Below are positions 1 through 12,400 of a stretch of DNA of 64,000 nt, one piece after another (the first letter of the stretch is position 1; each line of letters starts with the position of its first letter). This stretch comes from Hydrolagus affinis (lineage: Eukaryota). Both the position numbers and the translations under genes were made by a program. The stretch spans positions 1 through 64,000 of the forward strand of contig JAAILG010000471.1 in NCBI GenBank assembly GCA_012026655.1. Reading direction: 5' to 3'. Below the pieces are notes generated by a model. That model searched no databases and was not told the DNA's origin. It saw nothing but the letters and a program-made list of their open reading frames with translations.

Positions 1-213
1 CGTTTCTTCCCTTTCCTCTTTCAAGGCCGGTTTGAAGACTTTCCTCTTCGACCGTGCCTTTTGTTCCACCCCGAATTCTTCGACCTCCCCTTTGTGTTTC
101 ACCCCCGCCCAAACACTCCCCTCCCAGCTCGGGTCACACGCCTCCTGTGCAGCGCCTTGGGACGTCCTCCCAACGTGAAAGGCGCTCTATAAATGTAATT
201 TGTTGTTGTTGTT
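1..213 (+). mobile_element. L2 LINE 3' end
   Basis: Pyrimidine-rich 3'UTR, gcgccttgggacgtcctcccaacgtgaaaggcgc stem region, (TTG)n tail. Confidence 0.8.
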
Positions 214-959
214 ATTCTGTCATATATCTGCCTTTAGGCATTGTGTGACCAGAAGAATGTTAGGAAAACAGAAGCAGGAAGAATATAATTGGGTACATTT
301 AATATTTTAGATTTGAATACATTTTTGTACAGGTTTCTGCTTTTGTAAAGGGTTTGTTTGTTAGTTCTAATTAGTTCTAATTTAGAACTAGTTTGTTCTA
401 GTTGTAAATTCCAATCAACAATCCCTAAATGTGACAATTGAAATGGGAAAAGAAAATGTCATTTCAGGTGGCTGGTTAGGATGTGAAACAGATCGCGATA
501 TTTACAGGCAGGCAAGTGTGCTAACATTGACAGTTGCCTTGGCTGTTTCGTAAGCATTGGTTTCTGATTTTCTTGAGCTGAGACTCACTGTGCAGTGAGG
601 ATGAAGAAAAATGCATGAAAACAATTACACAATTGCAAAGGCAGAGATCAACGGCAGCTATGTGTTCTCTTACAGTCCTGCGCTAACATCTTTTGTTACA
701 GAAACAGATAAGAATGTTTCTCACGTGAAGACTGTGTTTAGAAACTATTGAAGGAGGCTAATAAACTCACACTGATTACATGTTAAATATCTACAGCTAT
801 TGCATTTACTTGCTGTAGTGTACATTGCATTCACATTGAGGGACTGAATTGTAAATGTGAAACGATTATTTACTCTGGGACAATTCACATTAGGGGTTGA
901 ATCAGATTTTTTTTCTTGTCCTATTATCTCTACCGGCTGGTAGTTGTTAGCTGATGTCT

Positions 960-1410
960 GATAGGTGTGCTGCATTACCGGAGATGCCATCCTTTGGATG
1001 AGAAGTTAAAACCGAGGTTCTTTATGCCTATTCGGGCATATATGTTGGCCACAAAATATATAGTCAATTAATTGTACAGTATATTGTGTGAAATATGCTT
1101 TGAGGAGTCTTGAAGATGTGATAAGACGCTATATATATCAAATGCAAAGCTTATTACTATTATACCAAATGCAAGGATTATTCTTATCAGATACATTAAA
1201 AATCTAATGGCACTATTTGAAAAGAGAACAGAATTTCTCCTGGTATCCTGGCCAACAATTGCACCCCCAAATAATTGGTTAAAAATAATTCACCCACTGG
1301 CTGTTTGTGGCCATAGCTGTGTGCAAATTGGCTGCCATATTCGCATGCAAATACGGAAATCATCTGAAGCGTTTTGAAACATTTTGATGATGAAATCCAA
1401 TGGAATCATT
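960..1410 (+). mobile_element. Deu-domain SINE interrupted by another SINE tail (~1040-1185)
   Basis: gatgccatcctttggatgagaagttaaaaccgagg ... atggcactatttgaa ... tcctggccaac core. Confidence 0.65.
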
Positions 1411-1439
1411 ATTCTAACTACTATTGGTAATCTTAAAGG

Positions 1440-1798
1440 GCCTCCACGGTTTTATTCCTCCCTAACCTCTTCGACCTCATAACCCCATATCAGCCTGTCC
1501 GCTCACTCCATTTGGTGGACACCGCCTGCTCCAATTCCCCAGCGCTTGGTGGAGAATTCAGCATCTCTGCCCCACACTCTGAAACTCTATCACGTAATCT
1601 CTCCTCTTCACCCCCTCTCTTGCCTCCTTCAAGTCCTGTCTGAAGACCTTCGACCATGCTTTCGGCCACTTTCCCACCCTACCCTCCTCTCGTTCTGACC
1701 CCAATTCCCAGCTCAGATCCCAAACCCAATTGTCCAGCACCCTGGGACATCTTTCCAACATGCAGGGCGCTATACAAGTGTAATTTGTTGTTGTTGTT
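1440..1798 (+). mobile_element. L2 LINE 3' fragment
   Basis: Degenerate ORF2 C-terminus, 3' stem and (TTG)n tail. Confidence 0.8.
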
Positions 1799-2454
1799 TT
1801 TTCCCCAATGAATGGAAAGTCTTCAGTCTTCAGCTTTGGAGTCTTTGAAACAAATGTCTTCTTCAGTTTGGTCTGGAAGATAAAACATACAACAGATATA
1901 TAGTAACCAGATTCTGTAACTTACGACGTCACCAAATAGTAATTCACAGCTCTACTGGGATTTCCTCACCAATGACCATAAATGTTGACAGAAGACTTCC
2001 TTCGAAACCTTACCTGCAAACAATTTAATGTAAGAACTTTCATCTGTTTGCTTCCCAATGATGACATGACCAATTGTACCAATTAGGGTCAAATTGCCAG
2101 GTTATGAACAGACACATCTTCCCCCCCCCCCACCACCCCACCCACCCCCTTTCCTATTTTCTTTCCTTTGCAACTCCAGACACTGACACCATGGGCACCA
2201 ACCAGCTCTATTAGCAACCATGTGAAATGTGTAAGAAAGTTGTACAAAGTTATTCTCCATTTTGTCCACTAAGTGGCAAGCTGCTAACAATTATTACATA
2301 CTGTATTATCAGGGAATTTAAAAGTGCACCATCTCAGGGATTTGAAACAATGAAGGCAAGGAGATAAAAACTTTCACAGCCTAATAACTTTGGTGTTAAA
2401 AATTGGGCGGAGGAATTCCACCTGGTAACTATGAGCTCATTGTCTTATATAATA

Positions 2455-2750
2455 CAGTACTGAGGGAGCTGTCCTTCAGATAAGACACTAAACCAAGGTT
2501 CCGTCTGTCTGATTAGGTGGAAATTAAAGTTCACATTAAAAAAAGTGGGAGTTTTTCCTAGTGTCCTAGTCAACATTTCTCCAGATAAAACTGATCATGC
2601 ACTTTATGGCTGTATATGGGACATTGCTCTGGGCAAATTGGCTGCTGTGTTACCTACTAAACACAGTCACTACATTCTGCAGCATTTCAGAAGCTCTTTG
2701 AGACATTTCAATAACACTACAAAGCACTCTATCAAAAATGCTAGGATTGT
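2455..2750 (+). mobile_element. Deu-domain SINE, degenerate
   Basis: cagtactgagggag ... aaaccaaggttccgtctgtctg ... gcaaattggctgctgtg. Confidence 0.65.
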
Positions 2751-2990
2751 TTAGCATTTCAAGTATCCTAGAATGTGGTGATGTCTTAATTGGTAATGTC
2801 GTAAATACAGTCTTAACTTTGATGTCGGTTTTCTACAAGTTTTTTTTAAAAGAATCTCAGAAAAACGGTTTCAAAGTTAATTTGCTGAATTTTGGATACT
2901 CAAAAATGCTGCGAAAATACTCTTGACCCAGATGAAATCTCTCTCTCCATTATTTCAAAAAGTTGCAATACAAATTACTTGCCTTGGATT

Positions 2991-2996
2991 TTTATT
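2991..2996 (-). promoter_or_regulatory. Candidate polyadenylation signal (AATAAA) of RBBP8NL
   Basis: First minus-strand AATAAA seen downstream of the stop, about 290 nt away. Confidence 0.4.
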
Positions 2997-3029
2997 TACA
3001 GGCTAATGATATGAACTTTCTTTATATTC

Positions 3030-3190
3030 CCATCTTCCGGTCGGCCTCAAGACCGTCTTCCTGTTCAACCATGCCGTCTTCCTGTTCACCTCCTCCCCTT
3101 CCCCTGGCTCTGCCTCATGCTCTGCCACCATCAAGCACTTTGAGACTCTACCCCATGTAAGGAGCAATATATAAATGCAAGTTGTTGTTC
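3030..3190 (+). mobile_element. L2 3' fragment, antisense within the putative RBBP8NL 3'UTR
   Basis: ctcaagacc ... agcactttgagactc ... atataaatgcaagttgttg; contains a 21-bp tandem duplication. Confidence 0.65.
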
Positions 3191-3286
3191 ATTGTATCAT
3201 GCCAATGAATTACAGATATTGACCTACAGCAGTGTATCTGGTCAGGAACCCTAGGTTACTTGTGTGATTTTTAGCCTAATCAATCC

Positions 3287-3417
3287 TTACCTCTCTAGAG
3301 TTAAATCTGGGAGGCTCGATAGGCTGCTGTCCTGAATTTCTGCGCTCAGTTGTGTGGAATGTGTGGGGAATGGTTCTGATTTGGGTCTTTTGGGCCTTCG
3401 TCCTTTCTTGTATGATG
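3287..3417 (-). CDS. RBBP8NL: RBBP8NL probable last coding exon (ASYKKGRRPKRPKSEPF...LTLER*)
   Basis: ctatttttatttatag| phase-1 entry; basic KKGRR start; TAA at 3289-3287. Confidence 0.75.
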
Positions 3418-6400
3418 CTATAAATAAAAATAGTTATAAGAAAGCAGGGAAAAGAGGCCATGTAAATCTTCTGAACTTTTCTCCTTGTCTCAGAGTTTTA
3501 AATAAATACTCTGCCCACTCCTTTCCCGAAAGTCACGCTGAGGTGCACTTGCCGAGGGTGTTGGCTATGCTTCAGTTCTTCGTCCAACTGGTTATTCTTC
3601 ATTTGTGATGTGATACAGCAAGCACTAACTTGCTGTGTGTATGTATCTGTTTACATAGAGGAGGTGGAAGTTGGATCTCACCTAAACCCCAATGCTGCCC
3701 TCAACAAATTTGGTTTTGATGGATAAGACCTTTTAGCTAATTGGATCTCATCTTTTCAGAATAACCACCCTACCATCTTCCTATCATAGGAAAAAGCTAT
3801 GTTTTTTAAATGAGTCCAATGTCCTGACCTCAAACACTCTTCCTGACAATCTGTTCCAATTGTTAGTTTCTGAGTATACTTTCCGGCATGGAGGGCGCTA
3901 TATAAATCAAAGTTGTTGTTGTTGTTGTTGTAGTTTCTGAGTACACAAACTCTTCCTGGTGTCTGTCCTAAAATTGCTCTTTGTGCTAAAATACACAGTC
4001 ACTACATTTTCCAGTAAATCCAGTGATGTGTTTTGAGACACCGCAACATTGTGATAACAGTACAATAACAAAAATAATAATATTTTGCATTTGAAATAGC
4101 ACTTTTCACATCTTCTGGGCACATGAAAGTGCTTCACATAATAATAATAATAATCATCCTTGCATTTAATATAGTGCTTTTCACGTCTTCTGGACGTCTC
4201 AAAGCGCTTCACAGAATATATTGTAAAGTGAATTGACTGTATATTTGTGGGTGAAACAACAACAACAACAACAACAAAATTACATTTATAGAGCACCTTT
4301 CACATCGGGTGGATGTCCTAAAGCCACTGAGCTACAGTGGTTAGAGCACTCGCCTTACAAACAAAAGACCTGTGTTCGATTCCAAGCAGGTCAGGGTGAA
4401 ACTTTGGGCAAGTTTCCTTAGTCCATATGCCTAATAATAATCCCCAAAAAAACACACAATAATAAAATTGGTCATTTCAATCCACGACTGTTTGTGGGAC
4501 ACTGCTGTGCGCAATTAGCTGCTGCGTTTCTCCCACAAATATACAGTCAATTCACTTTACAGTATATTCTGTGAAGTGCTATCAAATAGTAATATCAAAC
4601 GCAAGGATTATTATATATATTGAATACAAAAAATATTATTATAATGCACATTTTTAATGGTTCCTCATAATTTGAATTCCTGAAATATTTCTCAAAATGA
4701 TCTTTGTTGATATCTTCTGAAGGGTAGCAAAGTCCTCTAAAGCATCCCTAACCAGAATATATGGTATTTTACACCTTTACCACAATCCTACAACATCTAA
4801 ATACAAAATATATTGCAAATCACAGCTATAAATGGTATGCACCATTTTAGTTCCAGAACCGTATTCCATTAGGACTTTAACCACCATTATAATATTTTAA
4901 TATGGAAATAAGATCACTGCTTACCCACCCATCACATGTCATTCACTGAATGTGCTGCTAATATCTTTTAGTTCCCGTTTAGATTAATTTAAACTTTAGA
5001 TTTCTATTCTTCAGCAATCCTTCCCTTTTTTCAAAGCAATTACAAAGCAATTCACTCTTGTTATGTAGTAATAATAATAAATAACAATGCTTGCATTTGA
5101 TATAGCGCCTCATCACATTGTCAAGACACTTCAAAGCTCTTCACAGGATATACTGTAAAGTGGATTAACTGTGAATTTGCAAACCACAGTGTCCCATAAA
5201 CAGCAATAGAGTGACTAATCATATTTCGGGGATTGTTGACCGGGAGAAACTTCCTTCTCTTTTCGAATAGTGTCATGGAATCTGTAACGTCCACATTGAA
5301 CAGGCAGATAGGATCTTGGTCTAACGTCTCATATGAAGCACCTCCAACAACATAACTCCCCAACCTAGCACTGCATTGGAGTGTTATCAGACTTTGTTAT
5401 TCCAGGTCCCGATGTGGTGGAGGGGGGAGGGGTTGAACTCACGGTCTTCTGACTCTACGGCAAGAGTGCTACCTGAGCTACGTACGAGTCATGTTGACAC
5501 ACCCACAGTTACACTTGTGGCTTGCTGTTTAGCCTTATGGATTTAGGGATTTCCGCACGGCTCCTGATTAATCCTGCAAGCCAGAACCCTAATGAGTAGA
5601 ATGGCGTTTGTGCCTAGTTCTCTCTAGAATTAGGGAAGCAGGTTGTATCCCTCCAGCAAGAGACTGCAGATTCCGATCCAGCATAGTTTGGATACTCTTA
5701 AGTGTGGCAATCGGCTTGGTGCCATGTATCAGATACCAGATTGACTATAAATAAATTGTTTTGTTTTTCTTAGTGCACTTTATTCTGGGGCTGAAATGCA
5801 CAACGATGCTGTAGAGTGTATTCGCTGATCTTTAAGACTTGCCATTTGCCATTTTGTGGAGCTCCTGTGGCTCAGTGGTTAGAACACTTGTCTTGCAAGC
5901 TGGGGAGACCAAGCTGGGAGACCTGTGTTCGAATCCAGGCAGGTCAGGGCGAAACCTTGGCCAAGTTTCCTTACTCCACGCGCCTAATAATAATCCCTCC
6001 AAGAAAACCACAATAATAAAATTGGTCATTTCAATCCACGACTGTTTGTGGGACACTGCTGTGCGCAATTGGCTGCCGCGATTCGCCCACAAATATATAT
6101 AGTCAATTCACTTTACAGTGTATTCTGTGAAGCGCTTTGGGACGTCGATAAGTTGTGAAAAGCGCTATATCAAATGCAAGGATTATTTAACTGAAAATGG
6201 CAGTTCTCACCCTCACCCTAATTAAATGAAACGTTTGAGTTACAAACCTACATTTCATTTCTTTGGAACTAACTTCAAACAAACTTTGTTTGACGAGTGC
6301 TTCACGAAATTTGACGCTCTTCCCATATACCCTTTCTTATTCCAATTCATCAGCAAGGTGTAAAATGAGGTGTGCAGAAATAGCTGCCTAATGACTGCCT

Positions 6401-9400
6401 CACCCATTCCGCACATAATAAAGTGTTAACAAATTCCGTAGCGAAGTATAAATTTCAGGGCAATGTCTACCCAGAGGGCATACAAGTTGGAGGTAGCGGA
6501 TATAGCTATAAATTCAGCACCCTCTTAATCAAGCAAGCCCATGCTCGAATCTAATAAATAAATAGTTCGAGCAACGTTTGTATATTATCTCCAGAGAAAA
6601 CATTTTCTGAACATGTCAAAATAATCAGTAGGACAAATGGATCAATTTCACATCAAGGACACATTGACAGAAAACAATTGTTTTATGGAACAAGTGCTTC
6701 CGGTGAAAGCATTAATAGTTTGTAAACAAATCAAAGGTTTCACGTGGCATTAACTTGGGAGGGAGAGGACCTGGCTCTATATAGAGAAATAAACTGGTTT
6801 ATTCCTGCTGGTTCAGTTTCTGTACCAGAATTAATGTAATTGACGCCCTGAGCATCCAAATAACACACAGCGTTGAATTGCATTGAATCAGTTTGTGTTT
6901 AACTACAATTTACACAGTTACTACACCAGGGTGGAGTGGGAAGAGGTAGAAACAGTCTGGACAATAATGTCAGGATTATGTTGATTTCATTTATCTATAT
7001 CATCTCAGTTTTAAAAAAAATTGCATTGGAAATGTTAGGAAAAGGCAAAACTCTCTGCGGTCACGCAAATTGCAGTCAACCACGTTTTCCCCCTTTTCGC
7101 CATCACCCTTGACAGACCTCTTCAGGTCAGCCTCGAGACTTGTACACAGCTACTGTGTACATCACACAGGCTGACACTCCCATCACTCCGCCTCTTCCCC
7201 TATGGATCACTCGTGAGCTGAGATGATGAGTAAGAGGTGCCAACGTGTTTGTACAAGTTGTACACACCCATGTCCATAATCCCGTTTTACATTCCCTCCT
7301 GTGAAAGACATGCCTTGTTTCCATGACTGCTTTGCCTGTGTTGAATCCAGAATGGATTCAGTAGCACTTTCCTGTAGCACATTGCGTCCGCGACTCAACA
7401 AAGTAAGAAATTGTAAATGGCTCTTATTCCTTAAGCAGCTGCCTTATTCAGACCACGAGTCTGTCGTGTCCAGAGCTTATACAGCTGATTATAATTGTTT
7501 TGCAGACAACAATAGAATTGGGTGGTGAATAGAACAAGCGTATTGTTTTATTTGGGCAAATAGAACAATATTCCTCCATCAAAACTCTGTCCTTACACAT
7601 CACATTCTGACCTGAAGTCCAATAGTCCTGCATTCGTTTCTTCTTCTTCTTTTTGTGCTGCGCTTCATTCTTCTCGGATTCAGCCTTCACATTTTCAGAT
7701 TTAATCTCTTGGTTTTCTGGCACGTCCTGAAAATCTGTATTCTAATGAGAGAAACGTACAGCACCATTAATAATAATCCTTCCACGTCAGGAGGATGTCT
7801 CAAAGCGTTCTACAGGATTTACTGTCAAGTGCAATGATTGTGTATTTTGTAGGCGAACTCAGCAGCCAATTTACACACAGCAGTGTCCCACACATAGTCG
7901 CAAAGTGAATGAATAATTTTATCTGGGGGATTCCGACCAGGTTACTTGAGAAAAATTCCTTTCTCTTTTCCCTTCTTTTCAGTGAGATCTTAACATCTAC
8001 CCAAATAGGTAAAAGGGAACTTGGTTTAACGTCTCATCCAAAAGACAGCACTTCTCACAATGCAGCCTCCCACAGCTCCATATTGGAATGTTAGCCTTGG
8101 GTGTGAGTACAAAGTCACACCATGGGGTTTGAACCCCCAACCTTTTGCCTCAGAGGCCAGAGTGAAAGATACTTAGGGCAAACTCCCTACCCTCCCCCCA
8201 AAAACAGTAATGCTTTACAGTGACACTTGTTTTTTGCGATTAACAAGGGAATTCAATTGCTTACTGTTTCTCTCCACTATTATTTTCTGTTGTTATTTTT
8301 CATACTCATAATCTGAGTAATATTACCAAATAATCACCAAGTAAATTGTCACACTTTGAAAATGAAAGAGGTTTGTATTTCGTTTGGTGAGTGTTTTACA
8401 TGTAGGAACCCATCTACATGCCTCAGGGCATCTGAGCTGAGAGATCTATGCCACATACATGTGAAAATTTCCCAATATCTGGAACAGAATGAGTACTCTC
8501 TCCCTGGAAAGGGTGCTCCCTTCTCTTCTGTAATTCTGTGAATTATTAGCTACAGGTTGGCACGAGCCAAGGCTTTGGGGGAATCCAACAATGTGCACGG
8601 AAAATCATTTGAAGCTTAAGTAGACAAAAGCCATGAGGATTGTCTCGCAAGCTTCCCACTGCCTGTCTAGCTAAGAAGCAGCCTTGGCTTGCGGTTTTAA
8701 AATAAGCCAATGGCAAGAATGCCTATCTTGTGTTTACCTGTTACATTCTAACATCGGCCACAGAATACAAAATGAAGGCAGTGAAATTAAAGCTCAATCC
8801 AATCACGCTGAAGAGTAATTCATGTTTCCGTTACTTAATTAATTGATAAACAAATTTTGCTAGTTAATTCATTGATTAATGTTCAATCCACAACTGTTTG
8901 TGGGACACTGCTGTGCGCAAGTGCCTCCCACCAAAGACAATTCGCTTATATTACAGTACATTCTGTGAAGCGCTTTGAGACGTCTCAATGACCCAATAAT
9001 GCACAATGTCAAATGCACGGATTATTACTATTAATGTTCATGAGGACTTGATTCATTTGTGGAATTCGACAGTTCCCTTTGTGCAGTTTAACTATTTAAT
9101 TTCCCAATTTCCTGAAGAATTATTTACTGACCTTGCATGGAGTGGGCTCATACGCATCTGAAGGCAATTTCAAAATTTGTAGATGAACTTCCACTGATTT
9201 CAAAGAAAATATAAAATATTGTCACTGTTATCACACTGGGTTGCATAGTAAATGATTATGTCACAAACACAATTTTTTCTCCCCACACAGCGCTGAATGA
9301 CAATGGAGGGTGAAGCTGACACCAATATTGTTCAATATTTGAAATGAAATATCCTTACCTCGTCGATTCCCAACAGTCTTGGCCTTGGGATCTTTGGGGC

Positions 9401-12400
9401 TTGGTTTCATTTTCATTCTTGAACTGTCTTCTGCTTCATTAGAGGCAGTATTGCTGTCATATTGGGCCTGCAAACAGATCAGACAATTGCCCATCTCAGC
9501 ACATGCAGCATAGCATAAAGGATAGTATAGTAATAATAATAATAATCCTTGCATTTGATATAGCGCTTTTTCACTTCTTATAGACATCTCAAAATGCCTC
9601 ACAGAATATATTGTAAAGTGAATTGACTGTTTATTTGTGGGCAAAAAGCAGTAGCCAATTGCGCACAGCAGTGTCCCACAAACAGTCGTGGATTCTATTG
9701 TATTTAGGGCTTGACAAAGCCTATCTCCTAACCTCATGCTTTACTGAATGGTTTAGCACTCACCGAGTTGGTATCTGTTGCAAAACAGTACATATTATTC
9801 TGGGATTCTACATTCGGTGACTTTCCATCCATAAGACATTTCTTGTGTTGTGGCTCTTTCAATCTTGGTTTTTTTGGTTTCGATTTAATGGACAATTCAT
9901 CTTTGCTTGGAGACTGAAGTGGCCCCTTATTTTTACTGCAATCTGATAAATCTAGAGGTCTCTCCATAATATTGTCAGCAGTTGGAACTTTCTCTTTATT
10001 GACATCACTGGTATCATGTTTCATCATCATTCCTGGTTCCTCTGTGCTATTTGTATCTTTCCTGCAGGGTGAAAAACAATGCAGTGCCGCCCTGTAAACA
10101 AGATAACTTCAGAGATAAGTGGTTACCCATACAATATGGATCAGTGATCTTATTGTTCATATTATTTATTATTATTGAAATGCTTTGGGATGTCCTCCCA
10201 ACATTAAATAATGCAATTATTATTATTGTAATACACCTTGTATATTAAATGCCTTCAATCTTCCTCCCTACAGTGAAAGATTAGATATTCAGCTGGTTCT
10301 GGTCTTTCACCATAACTGGATCTTGCCTTCCCTGGTTCTCTGAGGAACCGGAAATGATGAACCATGATACCAGTGATCTCAATAAAGAGAAAGCTGAACT
10401 AGCTAACTATCTAATCTTTCACTGAGGAAGGAAGATTGAAAGTATTTAATATACATTTGTATAATAATAATAATAATAATAATACTAGCATGGATTCCAT
10501 TGTGTCTGTTCTATAATGTTTGCGAGAGTGAAATACATGATGATTCATAAGTGCAATCAAGAGTCACAGATAGTGAATCTGTGATAGTGAATCAAACTGA
10601 CCAATAAAAAATATTTTATGTGTACTGCTTCTACCCTCAATAGCAGTAGGCATTTCATCATTTGAAAAAAACATGAAATATCACATACTTAGGATGGAGT
10701 TCCGCATAAGCGTTTGTGGCCAGGGTTTGCTCTGAGGAGATGGGAGATCCATTGTTCGCAGTTATCAATGCTACCGTTCCGTGTAAATGATTAGATATCC
10801 TTTGATGCTGGAATCAAAGATCAAACCGAATGCAATATTTAGGTTTCTATCTAAACTTCAGTATGTTATACCATGCACTGTGATGCTCAGCATAGGGTAT
10901 TAGGTGGCTTCAATCTAAGTCATTTGAGTTGTTATTATTTGACAAGGCACAGCAGGCTGAATGGTCCAACCCAATAGCTGATCACCTTCACACTACACTA
11001 AAGCCACCAACGAATAAGAGTACTGTACTCACAGGACATTGTTCAATAATCAATTGTAAATTGCTTTAAGAAGGCTAAGAGGGGATCTTATTGACATCTG
11101 CATATTGCTGGAAGATCTCGAGATGATGGACAGTAAAGCATTGTTTTCATTACTTGGTTAATTGGGACATAAGGACAGGATTGCCACTGATAAGATTAAA
11201 AGGGAGGTTAAAAGAAATCTTTACATGCTGAGGAATACTGGAGCACAGAATTATGCGGCTGAGTCGATAACATCTAAAAAAGAAATTGGAAGAATGTTTT
11301 AAGACAACGAATGAAAAACAGCACAGGAAAGGAGCAATGAATTATGATTTGAATAGATGGCTCTGATGGATGAACTGGGTACCAATTTAGGCTTGACAGG
11401 CAGAATGTTGTCCTCCTTTGCTATTATTCTATGTCACATATTTATGTGACAGTTTCTACATGCAACCCAACCTAAATTCACACTAAAACCCATTTCATAG
11501 ATATTATAAATCTCTAATGCATTGACATTATAACAACCACAACAACTTGCACTTAAATAGCCCCCTCTTTGCAGGGCAGTATCTCAGAGCACTTAATAAT
11601 GACGGAGTCTGACTCTGAGCCAGTGGTGAGGGTTGGAGGAGAGGTGGGCGAGAGTGTGATTGTTAAAACAAACAGCTAGCCAAGGACCTTGTTTTGAAAA
11701 GTATACGGCAACAATATACATGCCTGCTTACCACATCAAATACAGGTGAATCCGTAAAATGACAGCCTGAGGAACGTATAGATGGATTGGGGCTTCCTTA
11801 AGATAGAAACAGAAATGAGACAATTCAATGAAAGCTTCATATTGACTCTATATATTAATAATAACCTTTGCATTTGAGGTAGTGGCTTATCAGTGACTCA
11901 TGTGATAGCACTGTTCAGGTGGACAATAAAGAACCCATGGAATTATTCAAAAAGATAAGGGACTTTCTTCCAGTGTTTTCCTGGCCAACAATCCAAGTAT
12001 AAATTGATCATTCACTTCTTGGGGGACACTGCTGTGCATGAGTTGGCTGCCGTGTTCACCCACAAAACTCACAGTAACTGCACTTTATAGCATACGCTGT
12101 GAAGTGCTTAGGGACACCTTCCAGCATGATAGGGGGGGGCACTCCACTAATTGTAAGGATTATTATTATTATTATTATTTATAGTAAATCCCATAATGTG
12201 CTTTGAGACATCTTAATGATGCAGTAAAGCCGCTAAATCAAATGAGTTATTCATTAGTGTTGAGCACCTCGAGGCCATCACGTTAGGCTAGGTCCAGTGA
12301 ATTACCTTCCGTAAAGTGCCTAAGCTCCGGTTCATTCTTCCGATGGTCGGCCGGTACACTGAACATGCTGTTTGAGCCTTGCGTCCTTCTGTAGTGTGAG

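Noticed and set aside
7126-7175. Hairpin gtcagcct..tgtacacag-cta-ctgtgtaca..aggctgac as a pre-miRNA
   Set aside because: 3-nt loop, large internal loop, and it overlaps SINE-like sequence; no known mature miRNA recognised.
7285-7395. Alternative terminal exon just after coding exon 12
   Set aside because: It needs a weak GAG acceptor and the peptide has no family resemblance; 3417 has a better acceptor and a basic motif.
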